A DNA stretch of 58,854 nucleotides. Origin: Beijerinckiaceae bacterium (GTDB lineage: Bacteria > Pseudomonadota > Alphaproteobacteria > Rhizobiales > Beijerinckiaceae). The stretch is from contig DASVVU010000350.1 of the NCBI GenBank assembly GCA_036386395.1, positions 1 through 58,854 on the forward strand, in the 5' to 3' direction. The notes below the pieces were generated by a model, which was given only the letters and a program-made list of their open reading frames with translations, made no database searches and was not told the DNA's origin. Positions within the stretch are counted from its first letter, which is position 1. Every line of letters starts with the position of its first letter. The translations under genes were made by a program, and so were the position numbers. Positions 46,886 through 58,854 of this stretch are shown piece after piece.

Positions 46886-47389
46886 TTACGGCAGGCTGTC
46901 GAAGCCGGTCCCGAAACCGTTGAGCGAGACCGGGATGCCGACCCCCTCCTCGGGGGTCTGGAACACGATGAAGGTCGCGGTCTGGCCGCCCTTGAGCTGG
47001 CCGAGGAGCGTGTCGTCGAGGACGGCCTCGGCGATGCAGCCGGTGGTGAGGCAGCGCACGTAGCCGGCGCGGCCGATGTCCTTGTCGTCGATGCGGAGCC
47101 CGATCCCGGCCGGGATCAGGATGCCGAGGGGCGCGACCATCCTGAGCAACCGCGACTTCCCGTCGGCAGTCTTGAGCGCGATCACGAGGAGCGTCAGGTT
47201 CGGCCGGTCCTCGGCCATGACGTTCTGGACGAGGGCGCACTGCTCGGACTTCGCGCCCGCCGGGGTCTCGCAGCGCATCTGCCAGTCGCCGTTAGTCGAG
47301 CGCACGGTCCCTTGCGCCAGGGCCGCACTGGGCGCCGCCGCGAGGAGCGCCGCGGCCGTCCAAACCGATCGCCAGCGAAGAAGCGCCAT
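46886..47389 (-). CDS. Invasion-associated locus B (IalB) family protein
   Basis: GDWQMRC, CALVQ, PLGILIPAG, RCLTTGC, PVSLNGF; divergent from coxB. Confidence 0.85.
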   Translation of the reverse strand: MALLRWRSVWTAAALLAAAPSAALAQGTVRSTNGDWQMRCETPAGAKSEQCALVQNVMAEDRPNLTLLVIALKTADGKSRLLRMVAPLGILIPAGIGLRIDDKDIGRAGYVRCLTTGCIAEAVLDDTLLGQLKGGQTATFIVFQTPEEGVGIPVSLNGFGTGFDSLP

Positions 47390-47667
47390 GTCCTTACTTC
47401 CTTGAGCCCATTCGGCATCGCCGGGCGGCCGTTCCGAACACGGGCCGCCGCGCCCTGTCAAGAAGGCCCGGCGCGGGCGCCCATGAGGGCTGGAAATGCG
47501 GCGTTTTCGGGCCTTTATGACGCACGGCCGCGCATCGCCGTTGCGCTTCCGCGCGCGTTGTGGTCTTTGCCCGCCGAGCAGCACCCTTGCCGCGGCCGCC
47601 GCGCCGTTCGCGCCTTTTAAGGCGCCGGCCCGCGGCCATCGAGCCGAACAGGAGCTTCGAAATCCCG

Positions 47668-48543
47668 ATGCGGACGAAGAGCATTGGACATCGCCCGGCA
47701 ACCTATCTCCTGGCGGCCGGCCTTGTGCTCGCCCTCGGCGGCACGGCCGCGCTCGCGGCCGGCACCGGCCAGCCCGAGCCGTGGCAGGTCGCCATGCAGA
47801 ACCCGGTGACCGACCTCCAGCAGGACGTCCACGCGTTCCACACGTATCTCGTGTGGCTCATCACGCTGATCTCGCTCTTCGTGCTCGCGCTCCTCGCCGC
47901 CGTGGTGGTGAAGTTCAACGAGCGGGCGAACCCGGCCCCCTCGCGCACGACGCACAACACCCTCCTCGAGGTCGCCTGGACGATCGTGCCGGTGCTGATC
48001 CTGGTCGCGATCGCGATCCCCTCGTTCCGGCTCCTGCGCGGGCAGCTCATCATCCCGACGCCCGACCTCGTCGTGAAGGCGACGGGCATGAACGCCTGGT
48101 ACTGGACCTACGAGTATCCGGACGAGGGCGGCCTCAAGTTCGAGTCCTACATGCTCGACGAGGGAAAGCGCGCCGAGGCCGTCAAGGCCGGCGCGAACGC
48201 GCCGCGGCTCCTCGCCGTCGACAACGAGGTGGTCGTGCCCGTGAACAAGGTCGTGAAGGTGCAGGTGACGGCCGAGGGCGTGCTGCACGCCTTCGCCCTG
48301 CCGTCCTTCGGGCTCAAGATCGACGCCGTCCCGGGGCGCCTCAACGAGACCTGGTTCAAGGCCGAGCGCGAGGGCGTCTACTACGGCCAGTGCTCGGAGC
48401 TGTGCGGCAACGGCCACCCCTACATGCCGATCCAGATCCGGGTGGCGTCCGAGGCGGACTACGCCGCCTGGCTCGCCGAGGCGAAGAAGAAGTTCGCCGC
48501 CGCGCCGGCCGCGGGCAACGCCAAGCTCGCCGCGAACGACTGA
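47668..48543 (+). CDS. coxB: Cytochrome c oxidase subunit II
   Basis: [16 protein letters not shown], CuA motif [12 protein letters not shown]. Confidence 0.95.
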   Translation: MRTKSIGHRPATYLLAAGLVLALGGTAALAAGTGQPEPWQVAMQNPVTDLQQDVHAFHTYLVWLITLISLFVLALLAAVVVKFNERANPAPSRTTHNTLLEVAWTIVPVLILVAIAIPSFRLLRGQLIIPTPDLVVKATGMNAWYWTYEYPDEGGLKFESYMLDEGKRAEAVKAGANAPRLLAVDNEVVVPVNKVVKVQVTAEGVLHAFALPSFGLKIDAVPGRLNETWFKAEREGVYYGQCSELCGNGHPYMPIQIRVASEADYAAWLAEAKKKFAAAPAAGNAKLAAND

Positions 48544-50196
<1,653 letters not shown>

Positions 50197-50330
50197 TCCG
50201 CCGCGGCCGGCCGGAGAACGGTCCGGCCAAGCTTCCCACGAAGTGCGGCCGCTTCGGCGGTGAGCAAACTTTTGAGGCATCTGGCCGTTTCGAAGCGGCT
50301 GTGCCACCATTCCGGGACCGACCCCTCCAG

Positions 50331-51311
50331 ATGAGTTCCGCGGCTAGCTTGAGCGACATCGTTCCCGGCGAAACCCTCGCGGCGTCCGCCGCCACGGCGC
50401 GCGTCGATGCGCCCGGCGGCGAGGTCTCCGACTACCTCGCGCTCCTGAAGCCGCGGGTGATGTCGCTCGTCGTGTTCACGGCCCTCGTCGGCATGGTCGT
50501 GGGGCATGCGCCGGTGAACCCGGTCATCGCCTTCGCCTCCCTCGTGATGATCGCCGTCGGGGCCGGGGCGTCGGGCGCCCTCAACATGTGGTGGGACGCG
50601 GACGTCGACGCGCTGATGACCCGCACCCGCAAGCGCCCGATCCCGGACGGGCGCATCCGGCCGGAGGAGGCCCTGTCCTTCGGCATGACCCTCGCCGTCG
50701 GCTCGGTCCTGGCCCTCGGGCTTATCGCCAACTGGACGGCGGCGGCGCTCCTCGCCTTCACGATCCTCTTCTACGTCGTCGTCTACTCGATGGGGCTGAA
50801 GCGCCGGACGGCGCAGAACATCGTGATCGGCGGCGCCGCCGGGGCCTTCCCGCCGATGATCGGCGAGGCCGCGGTCTCGGGGCAGGTCTCGCTCGAGACC
50901 TTCGTGCTCTTCCTCATCATCTTCCTGTGGACCCCGCCGCACTTCTGGGCGCTCGCCCTCGTGAAGTCGTCGGACTACGCCCGCGCCGGCATCCCGATGA
51001 TGCCGAACGTGGCGGGAGCGGATTCTACGCGCCGCCAGATTCTTATCTACACGCTGGTCCTCGTCCCGGCCGGGATCGCGCCGGTGCTCCTGGGGTTCGG
51101 CGGCCTCGCCTACGCCGCCGTCTCGACGCTGACCGGCCTCGCCATGCTGGGGCTTGCGTGGAAGGTGTATCGGGTCCGCACCGGCGAGCCCGCCATGGGG
51201 GCCGCGCAGGCGCTGTTCGGGTTCTCGATCCTGTACCTGTTCCTGCTCTTCGCGACGCTGCTCGCCGAGCACGCCCTCGGCCTGATGCGCCCGCTCGGGC
51301 TCTCCTTGTGA
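50331..51311 (+). CDS. ctaB: Protoheme IX farnesyltransferase
   Basis: [37 protein letters not shown]. Confidence 0.95.
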   Translation: MSSAASLSDIVPGETLAASAATARVDAPGGEVSDYLALLKPRVMSLVVFTALVGMVVGHAPVNPVIAFASLVMIAVGAGASGALNMWWDADVDALMTRTRKRPIPDGRIRPEEALSFGMTLAVGSVLALGLIANWTAAALLAFTILFYVVVYSMGLKRRTAQNIVIGGAAGAFPPMIGEAAVSGQVSLETFVLFLIIFLWTPPHFWALALVKSSDYARAGIPMMPNVAGADSTRRQILIYTLVLVPAGIAPVLLGFGGLAYAAVSTLTGLAMLGLAWKVYRVRTGEPAMGAAQALFGFSILYLFLLFATLLAEHALGLMRPLGLSL

Positions 51312-51466
51312 GCGAGGACCCAACGCCGGGGCCTGGCCCGGAGGAACTGAAGCGCCGCCGCTCGCGTTCGATCGCGATCGCGGTGGCGCTCGCGGCGCTC
51401 GCGCTCCTGTTCTACGTCGTCACCATCGCCAAGATGGGACCCCAGGTCCTGAACCGCCCGTTATGA
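51308..51466 (+). CDS. Small membrane protein (CoxF-like)
   Basis: [11 protein letters not shown]...FYVVTIAK; overlaps the ctaB stop and ctaG start. Confidence 0.75.
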   Translation: MSEDPTPGPGPEELKRRRSRSIAIAVALAALALLFYVVTIAKMGPQVLNRPL

Positions 51467-52062
51467 CCGACGCCTTGCCGAAACCTGCACTGCCGAAGGG
51501 CGCGCGCCGCACGGCGCTGCTGTGCGCCGGCTTCGCGGCCGGCATGCTCGGCCTCGCCTACGCCTCGGCGCCGCTCTACGACCTGTTCTGCCGCGTCACC
51601 GGCTACGACGGCACGCCGCTCGCCGGCAAGGCGCCGGCGGGCGAGGTCCTCGACCGCACCGTCGCGGTGCGCTTCGACGCCAACGTCGCCCCGGGGCTCG
51701 GCTGGCGCTTCACGCCCGAGACGCCGCAGATCAAGGTCCGCCTCGGCGAGACCCAGACGGTCTTCTACAAGGTCCGCAACGAGGGCCGCACGGCGACGAC
51801 CGGCATCGCCACCTTCAACGTGCAGCCCGGGCAGGCCGGCGCCTTCTTCGTCAAGCTGCAGTGCTTCTGCTACACCGACCAGACGCTTCAACCCGGCGAG
51901 GAGGTCGAGAGCGCGGTCGCGTTCTACATCGATCCGGCGCTCGCCCAGGATCCGAACCTGCGCGAGCTCTCCGGCATCACCCTGTCCTACACCTACTTCC
52001 CGTCCCGCAACGGCGAGCCGGTCGCGACGTCGAGCGCCGCCGCGCCCGCCCCGGAGCTGTGA
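51463..52062 (+). CDS. ctaG: Cytochrome c oxidase assembly protein CtaG/Cox11
   Basis: PLYDLFCRVTG, KLQCFC, ITLSYTYF. Confidence 0.93.
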   Translation: MTDALPKPALPKGARRTALLCAGFAAGMLGLAYASAPLYDLFCRVTGYDGTPLAGKAPAGEVLDRTVAVRFDANVAPGLGWRFTPETPQIKVRLGETQTVFYKVRNEGRTATTGIATFNVQPGQAGAFFVKLQCFCYTDQTLQPGEEVESAVAFYIDPALAQDPNLRELSGITLSYTYFPSRNGEPVATSSAAAPAPEL

Positions 52063-52343
52063 GATGCTGCCCTGGGGCTCCGCCATCCCCACGGAGCCTC
52101 GCGCGGAGGATGTGGGCCACGGGTGAACGTGGACCCCTGAGCTCCTGCCTCGGGTACGCTTCCAGGCAGTTCGTCTCGGATTGACCCATGTAAGTGCGGC
52201 CCCTGCAGAAGCGCGCGTAGGGTGCCCTGGTCTCGGCAGCGGGTTCCGGTCCCAACCGCCGCCGCGAGACAGTTTCTCCCGCCGGGCGCTTCGGTTGCGT
52301 ACTGCGCCCGGCGGGGTTCCCTCACCGAAGCTGGTATCCGACC

Positions 52344-52622
52344 GTGGCCACAATTCATCCCTTCGTCCCGCGCATGCTTGGCCGGTTCCTCGACCCGGAT
52401 CGCGTCCGCATTGCCTCTCAGGCATTCGACTCGGCGCTGCAATCCTTAGGCGCCACGGCCGTTGCGGTCCGCCCGCATCGCGTTCGCCATCTCGTGGCGA
52501 GCTTCATCGTCGAGCGCGTCATGTACGGCGAGCACGACCCGGAACGGCTCGCCCGAGGGGCTGTCGAAAGCCTGGAGATCGTCGGGCAGGCGACAGGCGA
52601 GAACGCCTGCGGCAACGACTAA
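52344..52622 (+). CDS. Small hypothetical protein inserted in the cox operon
   Basis: 92-aa helical ORF ending GEHDPERLARGA, resembling small rhizobial hypothetical proteins; GTG start. Confidence 0.55.
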   Translation: MATIHPFVPRMLGRFLDPDRVRIASQAFDSALQSLGATAVAVRPHRVRHLVASFIVERVMYGEHDPERLARGAVESLEIVGQATGENACGND

Positions 52623-52708
52623 GGGGCGAAGCGCGTGATCCGGGCGTGACAACGGCGAAGGCCGGGCTTAAAGCGGGCGCGACCAAAGGAAGGCGGAGAC
52701 TCCCGGAG

Positions 52709-53578
52709 ATGGCCGAGGCCCACGGCAAGCCCCATCACAACTACCATCTCGTCGACCCGAGCCCGTGGCCGCTCATCGGCTCGATCGCGGCCTTCACCAT
52801 GGCGGTCGGCCTCGTCCTGACCATGAAGAGCCTCACGCTCCTCGGCCTGAGGATCGGCCCCTACGTCTTCGGCGCGGGCGTCATCGGCGTCCTCTACACC
52901 ATGCTGAACTGGTGGCGCAGCGTCATCCGCGAGGCGACCTACGAGGGCCACCACACCCGCGTCGTGCAGCTCAGCCACCGCTACGGCATGATCTTCTTCA
53001 TCGCCTCGGAGGTGATGTTCTTCGTCGCGTGGTTCTGGGCCTTCTTCGACGCCTCGCTCTATCCGAACGACCCGCTCCAGTTCACGCGCGCCGAGCTCAC
53101 CGGCGGGCACTGGCCGCCGAAGGGCATCCAGACCTTCGACCCCTGGCACCTGCCGCTGTTCAACACCCTGATCCTCCTGACCTCCGGCACCACCGTGACC
53201 TGGGCCCACCACGCCCTCCTCCACGGCGACCGCAAGGGACTGAAGTGGGGCCTGTGGCTCACCATCCTCCTCGGGATGTTCTTCACCTGCGTGCAGGCTT
53301 ACGAGTACGGCCACGCCGCCTTCGGCTTCAAAGGCCACATCTACGGCGCGACCTTCTTCATGGCGACGGGCTTCCACGGCGCCCACGTCATCATCGGCAC
53401 GGTCTTCCTCGCCGTGTGCCTGTGGCGGACCTACCAGGGCCAGTTCTCGCCGCGCCAGCACCTCGGCTTCGAGTTCGCGGCCTGGTACTGGCACTTCGTC
53501 GACGTGGTCTGGCTCTTCCTCTTCGCCTGCATCTACGTCTGGGCCCAAGGCGCCGGCGGCGCGGCGGGCGGGCACTGA
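52709..53578 (+). CDS. coxC: Cytochrome c oxidase subunit III
   Basis: YHLVDPSPWP, FIASEVMFF, TGFHGAHV, WYWHFVDVVW. Confidence 0.96.
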   Translation: MAEAHGKPHHNYHLVDPSPWPLIGSIAAFTMAVGLVLTMKSLTLLGLRIGPYVFGAGVIGVLYTMLNWWRSVIREATYEGHHTRVVQLSHRYGMIFFIASEVMFFVAWFWAFFDASLYPNDPLQFTRAELTGGHWPPKGIQTFDPWHLPLFNTLILLTSGTTVTWAHHALLHGDRKGLKWGLWLTILLGMFFTCVQAYEYGHAAFGFKGHIYGATFFMATGFHGAHVIIGTVFLAVCLWRTYQGQFSPRQHLGFEFAAWYWHFVDVVWLFLFACIYVWAQGAGGAAGGH

Positions 53579-53580
53579 CG

Positions 53581-53607
53581 CCCCCTCTCCCCGTTTGCGG
53601 GGAGAGG
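53581..53607. repeat. Single family C hairpin (possible terminator role)
   Basis: CCTCTCCCC-n-GGGGAGAGG immediately after the coxC stop. Confidence 0.5.
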
Positions 53608-53692
53608 TGGACGCCCCGCCCTGACAAACCACCCACGGAAGCCTACATGAGGGGCGGCGAGAGCCGCCCTTCCCGTTTCGCCCAAGGCCGCG

Positions 53693-54070
53693 ATGCCCGA
53701 CCCCGCCGACATGCCGTCCCCTTATGCCGTCGGCCTTGCCGGGCGCTGCCCGCGCTGCGGCCAGGGGCGGCTGTTCAACGGGTTCCTGTCGCTCGCGCCG
53801 CGCTGCGAGGCCTGCGGCCTCGACTTCTCCTTTGCGGACTCCGCCGACGGGCCGGCCTTCTTCATCATGTCGATCGTCGGCATCCTGGTGGTCGGGCTCG
53901 CGCTCGGCGTGGAGTTCGCCTACGAGCCGCCGATCTGGCTCCATCTCGTCGTCTGGTCGACCCTCGCGATCGTGCTCAGCCTCGCCATGGCGCGCCCCGC
54001 CAAGGGCCTGATGATCGCGCTCCAGTACCGCCACCGGGCCGAGGAAGGGCGCCTCCGCCGTGACGGATGA
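53693..54070 (+). CDS. DUF983 family membrane protein
   Basis: CPRCG...CEACG, DSADGPAFF, PPIWLH, LQY. Confidence 0.88.
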   Translation: MPDPADMPSPYAVGLAGRCPRCGQGRLFNGFLSLAPRCEACGLDFSFADSADGPAFFIMSIVGILVVGLALGVEFAYEPPIWLHLVVWSTLAIVLSLAMARPAKGLMIALQYRHRAEEGRLRRDG

Positions 54071-54906
54071 GGCGCGAAAACCGCCCGCGCCGACCCCGCG
54101 GGAATTCCCGTGGTGACTCCGTGGGAAATCCCGCGGTGAAGAGCGCCTGGCGCACCCTCATCCCGCCGGCCCTCGCGACGCTGATCGGGGTCGCGGTCCT
54201 CGTCGCCCTCGGCGTCTGGCAGCTCGAGCGCCGGGCCTGGAAGCAGGATCTCATCAGTAAGATCGAGGCCCGCGCCTACGGCGCCCCGGGCCAGATTCCG
54301 CCGGAATCCGAATGGGTTAATTGGTCGCGGGAGGCCCAAGAATACCGCCGCGTGCGCATCGCCGGCCGCTTCCTCTACGAGGCCGAGGTCGCGGTGCATG
54401 GCCTGATGTCCGGCCGCGAGCGCGGCCAGCCGCTCCAGGGCTACTACCTCCTCACGCCCCTGCGGCTCCACGACGGCTCGATAATCGTCGTCAACCGCGG
54501 CTTCGTCCCCGGCGAATTGCGCCCCCCCGGCCGCCGCCCGGGCTCCGACCCCGAAGGCGAAATCGCCTTCACCGGCCTCGTCCGCGCCCCCGAGACCCCG
54601 GCCCCCTTCGTCCCGAAGAACGACCCCGCCAAGAACGAATGGTTCGTCCGCAGCCCCGACGAGATCGCCAGGGCCAAGAACCTCTCCCGTGTCGCCCCCT
54701 TCCTCATCGACGCCGACCCGATGCCGAGCCCCGCCGGCTGGCCCAAGGGCGGCCAGACGCGCCTCTCGATGCCGAACGACCACCTGCAATACGCCCTGAC
54801 CTGGTTCGGCCTCGCCCTGACGCTCCTTGGCGTCTTCGCCGGCTTCGCCTGGCGGCGCCTGCATCCGAAGCCGGGCGAGCTTGTTCCGTCCCCCCGCGAG
54901 CCGTAA
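54067..54906 (+). CDS. SURF1/Shy1 family cytochrome oxidase biogenesis protein (true start may be a later GTG)
   Basis: LGVWQLERRAWK, VNRGFVP, NDHLQYALTWF. Confidence 0.9.
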   Translation: MRRENRPRRPRGNSRGDSVGNPAVKSAWRTLIPPALATLIGVAVLVALGVWQLERRAWKQDLISKIEARAYGAPGQIPPESEWVNWSREAQEYRRVRIAGRFLYEAEVAVHGLMSGRERGQPLQGYYLLTPLRLHDGSIIVVNRGFVPGELRPPGRRPGSDPEGEIAFTGLVRAPETPAPFVPKNDPAKNEWFVRSPDEIARAKNLSRVAPFLIDADPMPSPAGWPKGGQTRLSMPNDHLQYALTWFGLALTLLGVFAGFAWRRLHPKPGELVPSPREP

Positions 54907-54937
54907 GGTCCCGGGACCACCTCCCAGGCAATTCGAA

Positions 54938-56353
54938 GTGCTGCACGTCTCCACCCGCGGCGAAGCGCCGCCGATCGGCTTCACCGACGCGCTCCTCGCG
55001 GGCCTCGCCCGCGACGGCGGCCTCTACCTGCCGCAGCGCTGGCCCACGCTCGCGCCGCAGACCATTGCGGGCTTCGCCGGGCGGCGCTACGCGGATGTGG
55101 CGAAGGCCGTCGTGGGTGCCCTCGCGGACGGCGAGATTCCCGAGGCCGATTTGTCCCGCATGGCCGAGGCCGCCTACGGGGCGTTCCGCCATCCGGCGGT
55201 CTGCCCGCTCGTGCAGGTCGGCGACAACCTCTTCGTGCTGGAGCTCTTCCACGGCCCGACGCTCGCCTTCAAGGACGTGGCCATGCGCTTGCTCGCGCAG
55301 CTCATGGACCACGTGCTGAAGGCCCGCGGCGCCCGCGCGACCGTCGTCGGCGCGACCTCCGGCGACACCGGCAGCGCCGCCGTCGACGCCTTCCGCGGCC
55401 TCGACCAGGTCGACGTGTTCGTCCTCTTCCCGGACGGGCGCGTCTCCGACGTGCAGCGGCGGCAGATGACGACCGTCGACGCCCCGAACGTCCACGCCAT
55501 CGCGGTGGACGGCACCTTCGACGACTGCCAGGCGATCGTGAAGGGGCTGTTCAACCACGCCGCCTTCCGCGACGAGCTTGCCCTCTCGGGCGTCAACTCC
55601 ATCAACTGGGCCCGCATCGCCGCGCAGGCCGTGTACTACTTCACCGCCGCCGTGGCGCTCGGGAGCCCGCACCGCCCGGTGTCCTTCGCGGTGCCGACGG
55701 GCAACTTCGGCGACGTGCTGGCCGGGTGGGTCGCGAAGCGGATGGGGCTGCCGGTCGGGCGGCTCATGGTCGCCACCAACGCCAACGACATCCTCCACCG
55801 CACCCTGACGCAAGGCGCCTACGAGGTCCGCGGCGTGACGCCGACGACCTCGCCCTCGATGGACATCCAGGTCTCCTCGAACTTCGAGCGCCTGCTGTCC
55901 GAGGCCTACGGTCGCGACGCCGCCGCTGTGCGCGCCCTCATGGCGAGCCTCAGGCAGTCCGGCGCCTTCACCCTCGCCCCCGGGCCGCTCGCCCGCATCC
56001 GCGAGGAATTTTCTTCGGCGGCGGTCGAGGAGGAGGACGTGGCCGAGGAAATCCGGTGGACTTGGCATGAGACCGGCTATCTCCTCGACCCGCATACCGC
56101 CGTCGGCGTCCGCGCCGCCCGCGCGCTCGTGAACGAGACGCCGGCGACCCCCGTCGTCGCGCTCGCGACGGCGCACCCCGCAAAATTCCCCGACGCGGTC
56201 GAGCGCGCAACGGGCGTGCGCCCGGAGCTGCCGCCGCACCTCGCCGACCTGATGCACCGCCCCGAGAAATTTGCCCGCCTCGCGAACGACCAGGGTGCGG
56301 TCGAGCGCTTCATCCGCGAGCGCGCGCGGGTCGTGAAGGGCGCCGCCGCATGA
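54938..56353 (+). CDS. thrC: Threonine synthase
   Basis: STRG, GLARDGGLY, FHGPTLAFKD, ATSGDTG, NSINWAR, ATAHPAKF. Confidence 0.96.
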   Translation: MLHVSTRGEAPPIGFTDALLAGLARDGGLYLPQRWPTLAPQTIAGFAGRRYADVAKAVVGALADGEIPEADLSRMAEAAYGAFRHPAVCPLVQVGDNLFVLELFHGPTLAFKDVAMRLLAQLMDHVLKARGARATVVGATSGDTGSAAVDAFRGLDQVDVFVLFPDGRVSDVQRRQMTTVDAPNVHAIAVDGTFDDCQAIVKGLFNHAAFRDELALSGVNSINWARIAAQAVYYFTAAVALGSPHRPVSFAVPTGNFGDVLAGWVAKRMGLPVGRLMVATNANDILHRTLTQGAYEVRGVTPTTSPSMDIQVSSNFERLLSEAYGRDAAAVRALMASLRQSGAFTLAPGPLARIREEFSSAAVEEEDVAEEIRWTWHETGYLLDPHTAVGVRAARALVNETPATPVVALATAHPAKFPDAVERATGVRPELPPHLADLMHRPEKFARLANDQGAVERFIRERARVVKGAAA

Positions 56354-57651
56354 ACCAGCACTTCACCGCCGCTGCCGACCCCGCCGTCGCGGTCTCGCGG
56401 CTCGACAACGGCCTCACCGTCGTGACCGAGCGCATGCCGCACATCAAGACGGCGACGCTCGGTGTCTGGGTCGGGGCGGGCTCGCGCAACGAGCGCGAGA
56501 GCGAGCACGGGCTCTCGCACTTGATCGAGCACATGGCGTTCAAGGGCACGCGCCGCCGCTCGGCGCGGCGCATCGCCGAGGACATCGAGAACGTCGGCGG
56601 CGAGATCAACGCCGCGACCTCGGTCGAGTTCACGAACTACACGGCCCGCGTCCTCGGCGACGACATCGAGGTCGCCCTCGACGTGCTCGGCGACATCCTG
56701 ACCGAGTCGAGCTTCGAGGAGGCGGAGCTCGCCCGCGAGAAGAACGTCATCCTCCAGGAGTACGCGGCCGTCGAGGACGATCCCGAGGACCTCGTCTTCG
56801 ACGCCTTCATAGAGACGGCGTTTTCCGGCCAGGCGATCGGCCGCCCGATCCTCGGCACGCCGGAGACCGTGAGGCGCTTCGACGGCGGCACCATCCGGGC
56901 CTTCATGGCGCGCGAGTACGCACCCGAGCGCATGGTGCTGGCCGCCGCCGGGGACGTCTCGCACGAGGCGGTGCTTGCCGCCGCCGAGCGCCACTTCGCC
57001 GCCCTTCCGGCGACGCAGCCGAACGGCGCCGCGCCCGCCCGCTACACCGGCGGCGAGCGCCGCCTCAAGCGCCGGCTCGAGCAGGCGAACCTGGTGCTCG
57101 GCCTCCCCGGCTGCTCGTTCAAGGACGAGCGCTACTACGCGACGCACATGTTCGCCCAGGTGCTCGGCGGCGGGCTCACGTCCCGCCTGTGGCACGAGGT
57201 GCGCGAGCAGCGCGGCCTCGCCTACGAGATCGGCGCCTTCCACTGGCCGTTCTCGGACACCGGCCTCTTCGGCATCAGCGCCGGCACGGCGGCCTCCGAT
57301 ATCCCTGCGCTCGTCGACGTGACCCTCGCCTGCGCCCGCGCGGCCGTCGCCGACATCGACGAGACGGAGGTCGCCCGCGCCAAGACGCAGCTCAAGGTCG
57401 CACTGCTCGCGGCGCTGGAGAGCCCGGCCGGGCGCATCGAGCGCAACGCCCGTCAGCTCCTCGCTTGGGGACGGGTCATCCCCGCCCAAGAGATCGTCGC
57501 CAAGGTCGATGCCGTGACGGTCGACCAGGTGCGGGCCGCTGGCCGGACAGTGCTCGCCGGCGCCCCGACGCTCGCCGCCATCGGTCCGATCCGCAAGCTC
57601 CAGAGCCTGGCGGACATCGCCGGGCGCCTGGGCGCTCCCTCGGCTGCTTGA
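56350..57651 (+). CDS. M16B (pitrilysin/processing peptidase-like) zinc peptidase
   Basis: Inverted zinc motif HLIEH (HxxEH), GGEINA, REQRGLAY. Confidence 0.93.
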   Translation: MNQHFTAAADPAVAVSRLDNGLTVVTERMPHIKTATLGVWVGAGSRNERESEHGLSHLIEHMAFKGTRRRSARRIAEDIENVGGEINAATSVEFTNYTARVLGDDIEVALDVLGDILTESSFEEAELAREKNVILQEYAAVEDDPEDLVFDAFIETAFSGQAIGRPILGTPETVRRFDGGTIRAFMAREYAPERMVLAAAGDVSHEAVLAAAERHFAALPATQPNGAAPARYTGGERRLKRRLEQANLVLGLPGCSFKDERYYATHMFAQVLGGGLTSRLWHEVREQRGLAYEIGAFHWPFSDTGLFGISAGTAASDIPALVDVTLACARAAVADIDETEVARAKTQLKVALLAALESPAGRIERNARQLLAWGRVIPAQEIVAKVDAVTVDQVRAAGRTVLAGAPTLAAIGPIRKLQSLADIAGRLGAPSAA

Positions 57652-57702
57652 GGCGCGCAGCGGCCCCCGGTAGGTTGCCTGCCTCGTCATCTGCGTGCGC
57701 CC

Positions 57703-58491
57703 TTGACCGATTCCCCTCCTTCCGAGCGCCTGAAGAAGGCCGCGCGTCAGCGGCTGATCGTGGCCGAGCTGTCGACCGCCGCGACGGTCCGCACCTCGGA
57801 CCTCGCCCAGCGCCTCGGGGTCTCGGCCGAGACCGTGCGCCGGGATCTCGAGGAGCTGACCGGGCGCGGGGTGCTGAACCGGACCTACGGCGGCGCCTCC
57901 GGCCGCCACGTCGGCGTGCAGCCGATCCTCGATGATCGCAGCGGCCTTGCCGTGAACGAGCGCCAGCGCATCGCGCGCCGCGCCGCCGCTCTCGTCTCGT
58001 CGGGCGACGTGGTGATGATCGATTCGGGCTCGACCACGACCCACTTCGCCCACGCGCTCGCCCGCGTCGCCGACGCCATCACGGTGCTGACCAACAGCTT
58101 CGGGGTCGCGAACGCCCTCGTCGACCAGCCCGCCGTGCGGGTGATCGTCTGCCCCGGCGACTTCTCGGCCCGGGAGCGGGGCGTGTACGGGCCGGAGACC
58201 ATCGCCTTCCTCGACCGCTTCAACGCCGACATCGCCTTCGTCGGCGCGAGCGGGCTCACCGCCGACGGCCCGACCGACGTCGAGACCCAAGCCTGCTGGG
58301 TGAAGCGCACGATGCTCGCCCGCGCCGACCGCGGCGTCCTCCTCGCCGATTCGAGCAAGTTCGACACGAAGCGCCTCGAGGTGGTCTGCGCCTGGTCGGC
58401 GCTCACCGACCTCGTCACCGACCGCGAGCCCCCGGACGAGCTCCGCGCGAGCCTCGACGCCGCCGGGGTGGCGCTCGCGGTGGCGGAGTGA
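57703..58491 (+). CDS. DeoR/GlpR-family transcriptional regulator
   Basis: VSAETVRRDL HTH, RTYGGA, IDSGSTT, LADSSKF. Confidence 0.92.
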   Translation: MTDSPPSERLKKAARQRLIVAELSTAATVRTSDLAQRLGVSAETVRRDLEELTGRGVLNRTYGGASGRHVGVQPILDDRSGLAVNERQRIARRAAALVSSGDVVMIDSGSTTTHFAHALARVADAITVLTNSFGVANALVDQPAVRVIVCPGDFSARERGVYGPETIAFLDRFNADIAFVGASGLTADGPTDVETQACWVKRTMLARADRGVLLADSSKFDTKRLEVVCAWSALTDLVTDREPPDELRASLDAAGVALAVAE

Positions 58492-58854
58492 CGCGCGTCC
58501 CGCTTCTCCAATCCCGCTAATGGTGTCGACGGGTCCGTGCGGGCGGCGTAGCGGATGCGAGTCGTGCGTCGTCGTTCTCGCGGTCCTTGCCGGCCCGAGG
58601 CATGGGAGGGAGGAGATCGAGGGGTGCGCGGGGCGCACAGCGAACCCGATCGAAACTTGGGCCCGCCGGGCCCCGCGCACGGTGTTCTGCGTCCGCTGGC
58701 GAGGCCGGGTCTTCCCGGGAGCGTCGGGCGAGGGGAGCTCTGTCGTCTCCCTTGGCCGTCCGCGGCGTGGTCCCTCGCGCGGCGCCCGGACCGGGGTCAA
58801 GCGTTGTCCCCCGGCGCGGCACCGGTCCCGCCCCACGTCACGACGCCTCGCGAG

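Noticed and set aside
58492-58854. GC-rich tail with a 101-aa ORF and short inverted repeats
   Set aside because: No motif, RBS or convincing structure; truncated by the window edge, so it cannot be interpreted.

Overview
High-GC alphaproteobacterial chromosomal segment, most consistent with Hyphomicrobiales (Methylobacteriaceae-like: ecm-ccr pair, coxBA-ctaB-coxF-ctaG-coxC-DUF983-surf1-thrC-M16 block, split gcvPA/gcvPB with a tandem glycine riboswitch). Mostly core metabolism (ABC transport, etfBA-hbd, ethylmalonyl-CoA pathway, glycine cleavage, aa3 oxidase) with small accessory insertions. The strongest unexplained signal is a ~420-nt intergenic tract (about 7130-7550, minus strand). It has no credible ORF, is densely base-paired with several GNRA-capped hairpins and long-range complementary segments, and lies directly downstream of a TTGACA promoter whose spacer holds a perfect alphaproteobacterial LexA box: a candidate large SOS-regulated structured ncRNA. 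Other items worth checking: a low-GC two-gene islet with a membrane-anchored GTPase, a palindromic repeat inserted in frame in gcvPB, OsmC and ABM genes inside the gcv operon, a Gram-negative sortase with an LPxTA target, a triad-less HtrA-like protein, an orphan ParA with a CtrA box, small exported proteins with sigmaEcfG promoters, a 24-aa hydrophobic peptide with an occluded SD, and a hipBA module. All calls come from reading motifs by eye; no searches or folding programs were run.
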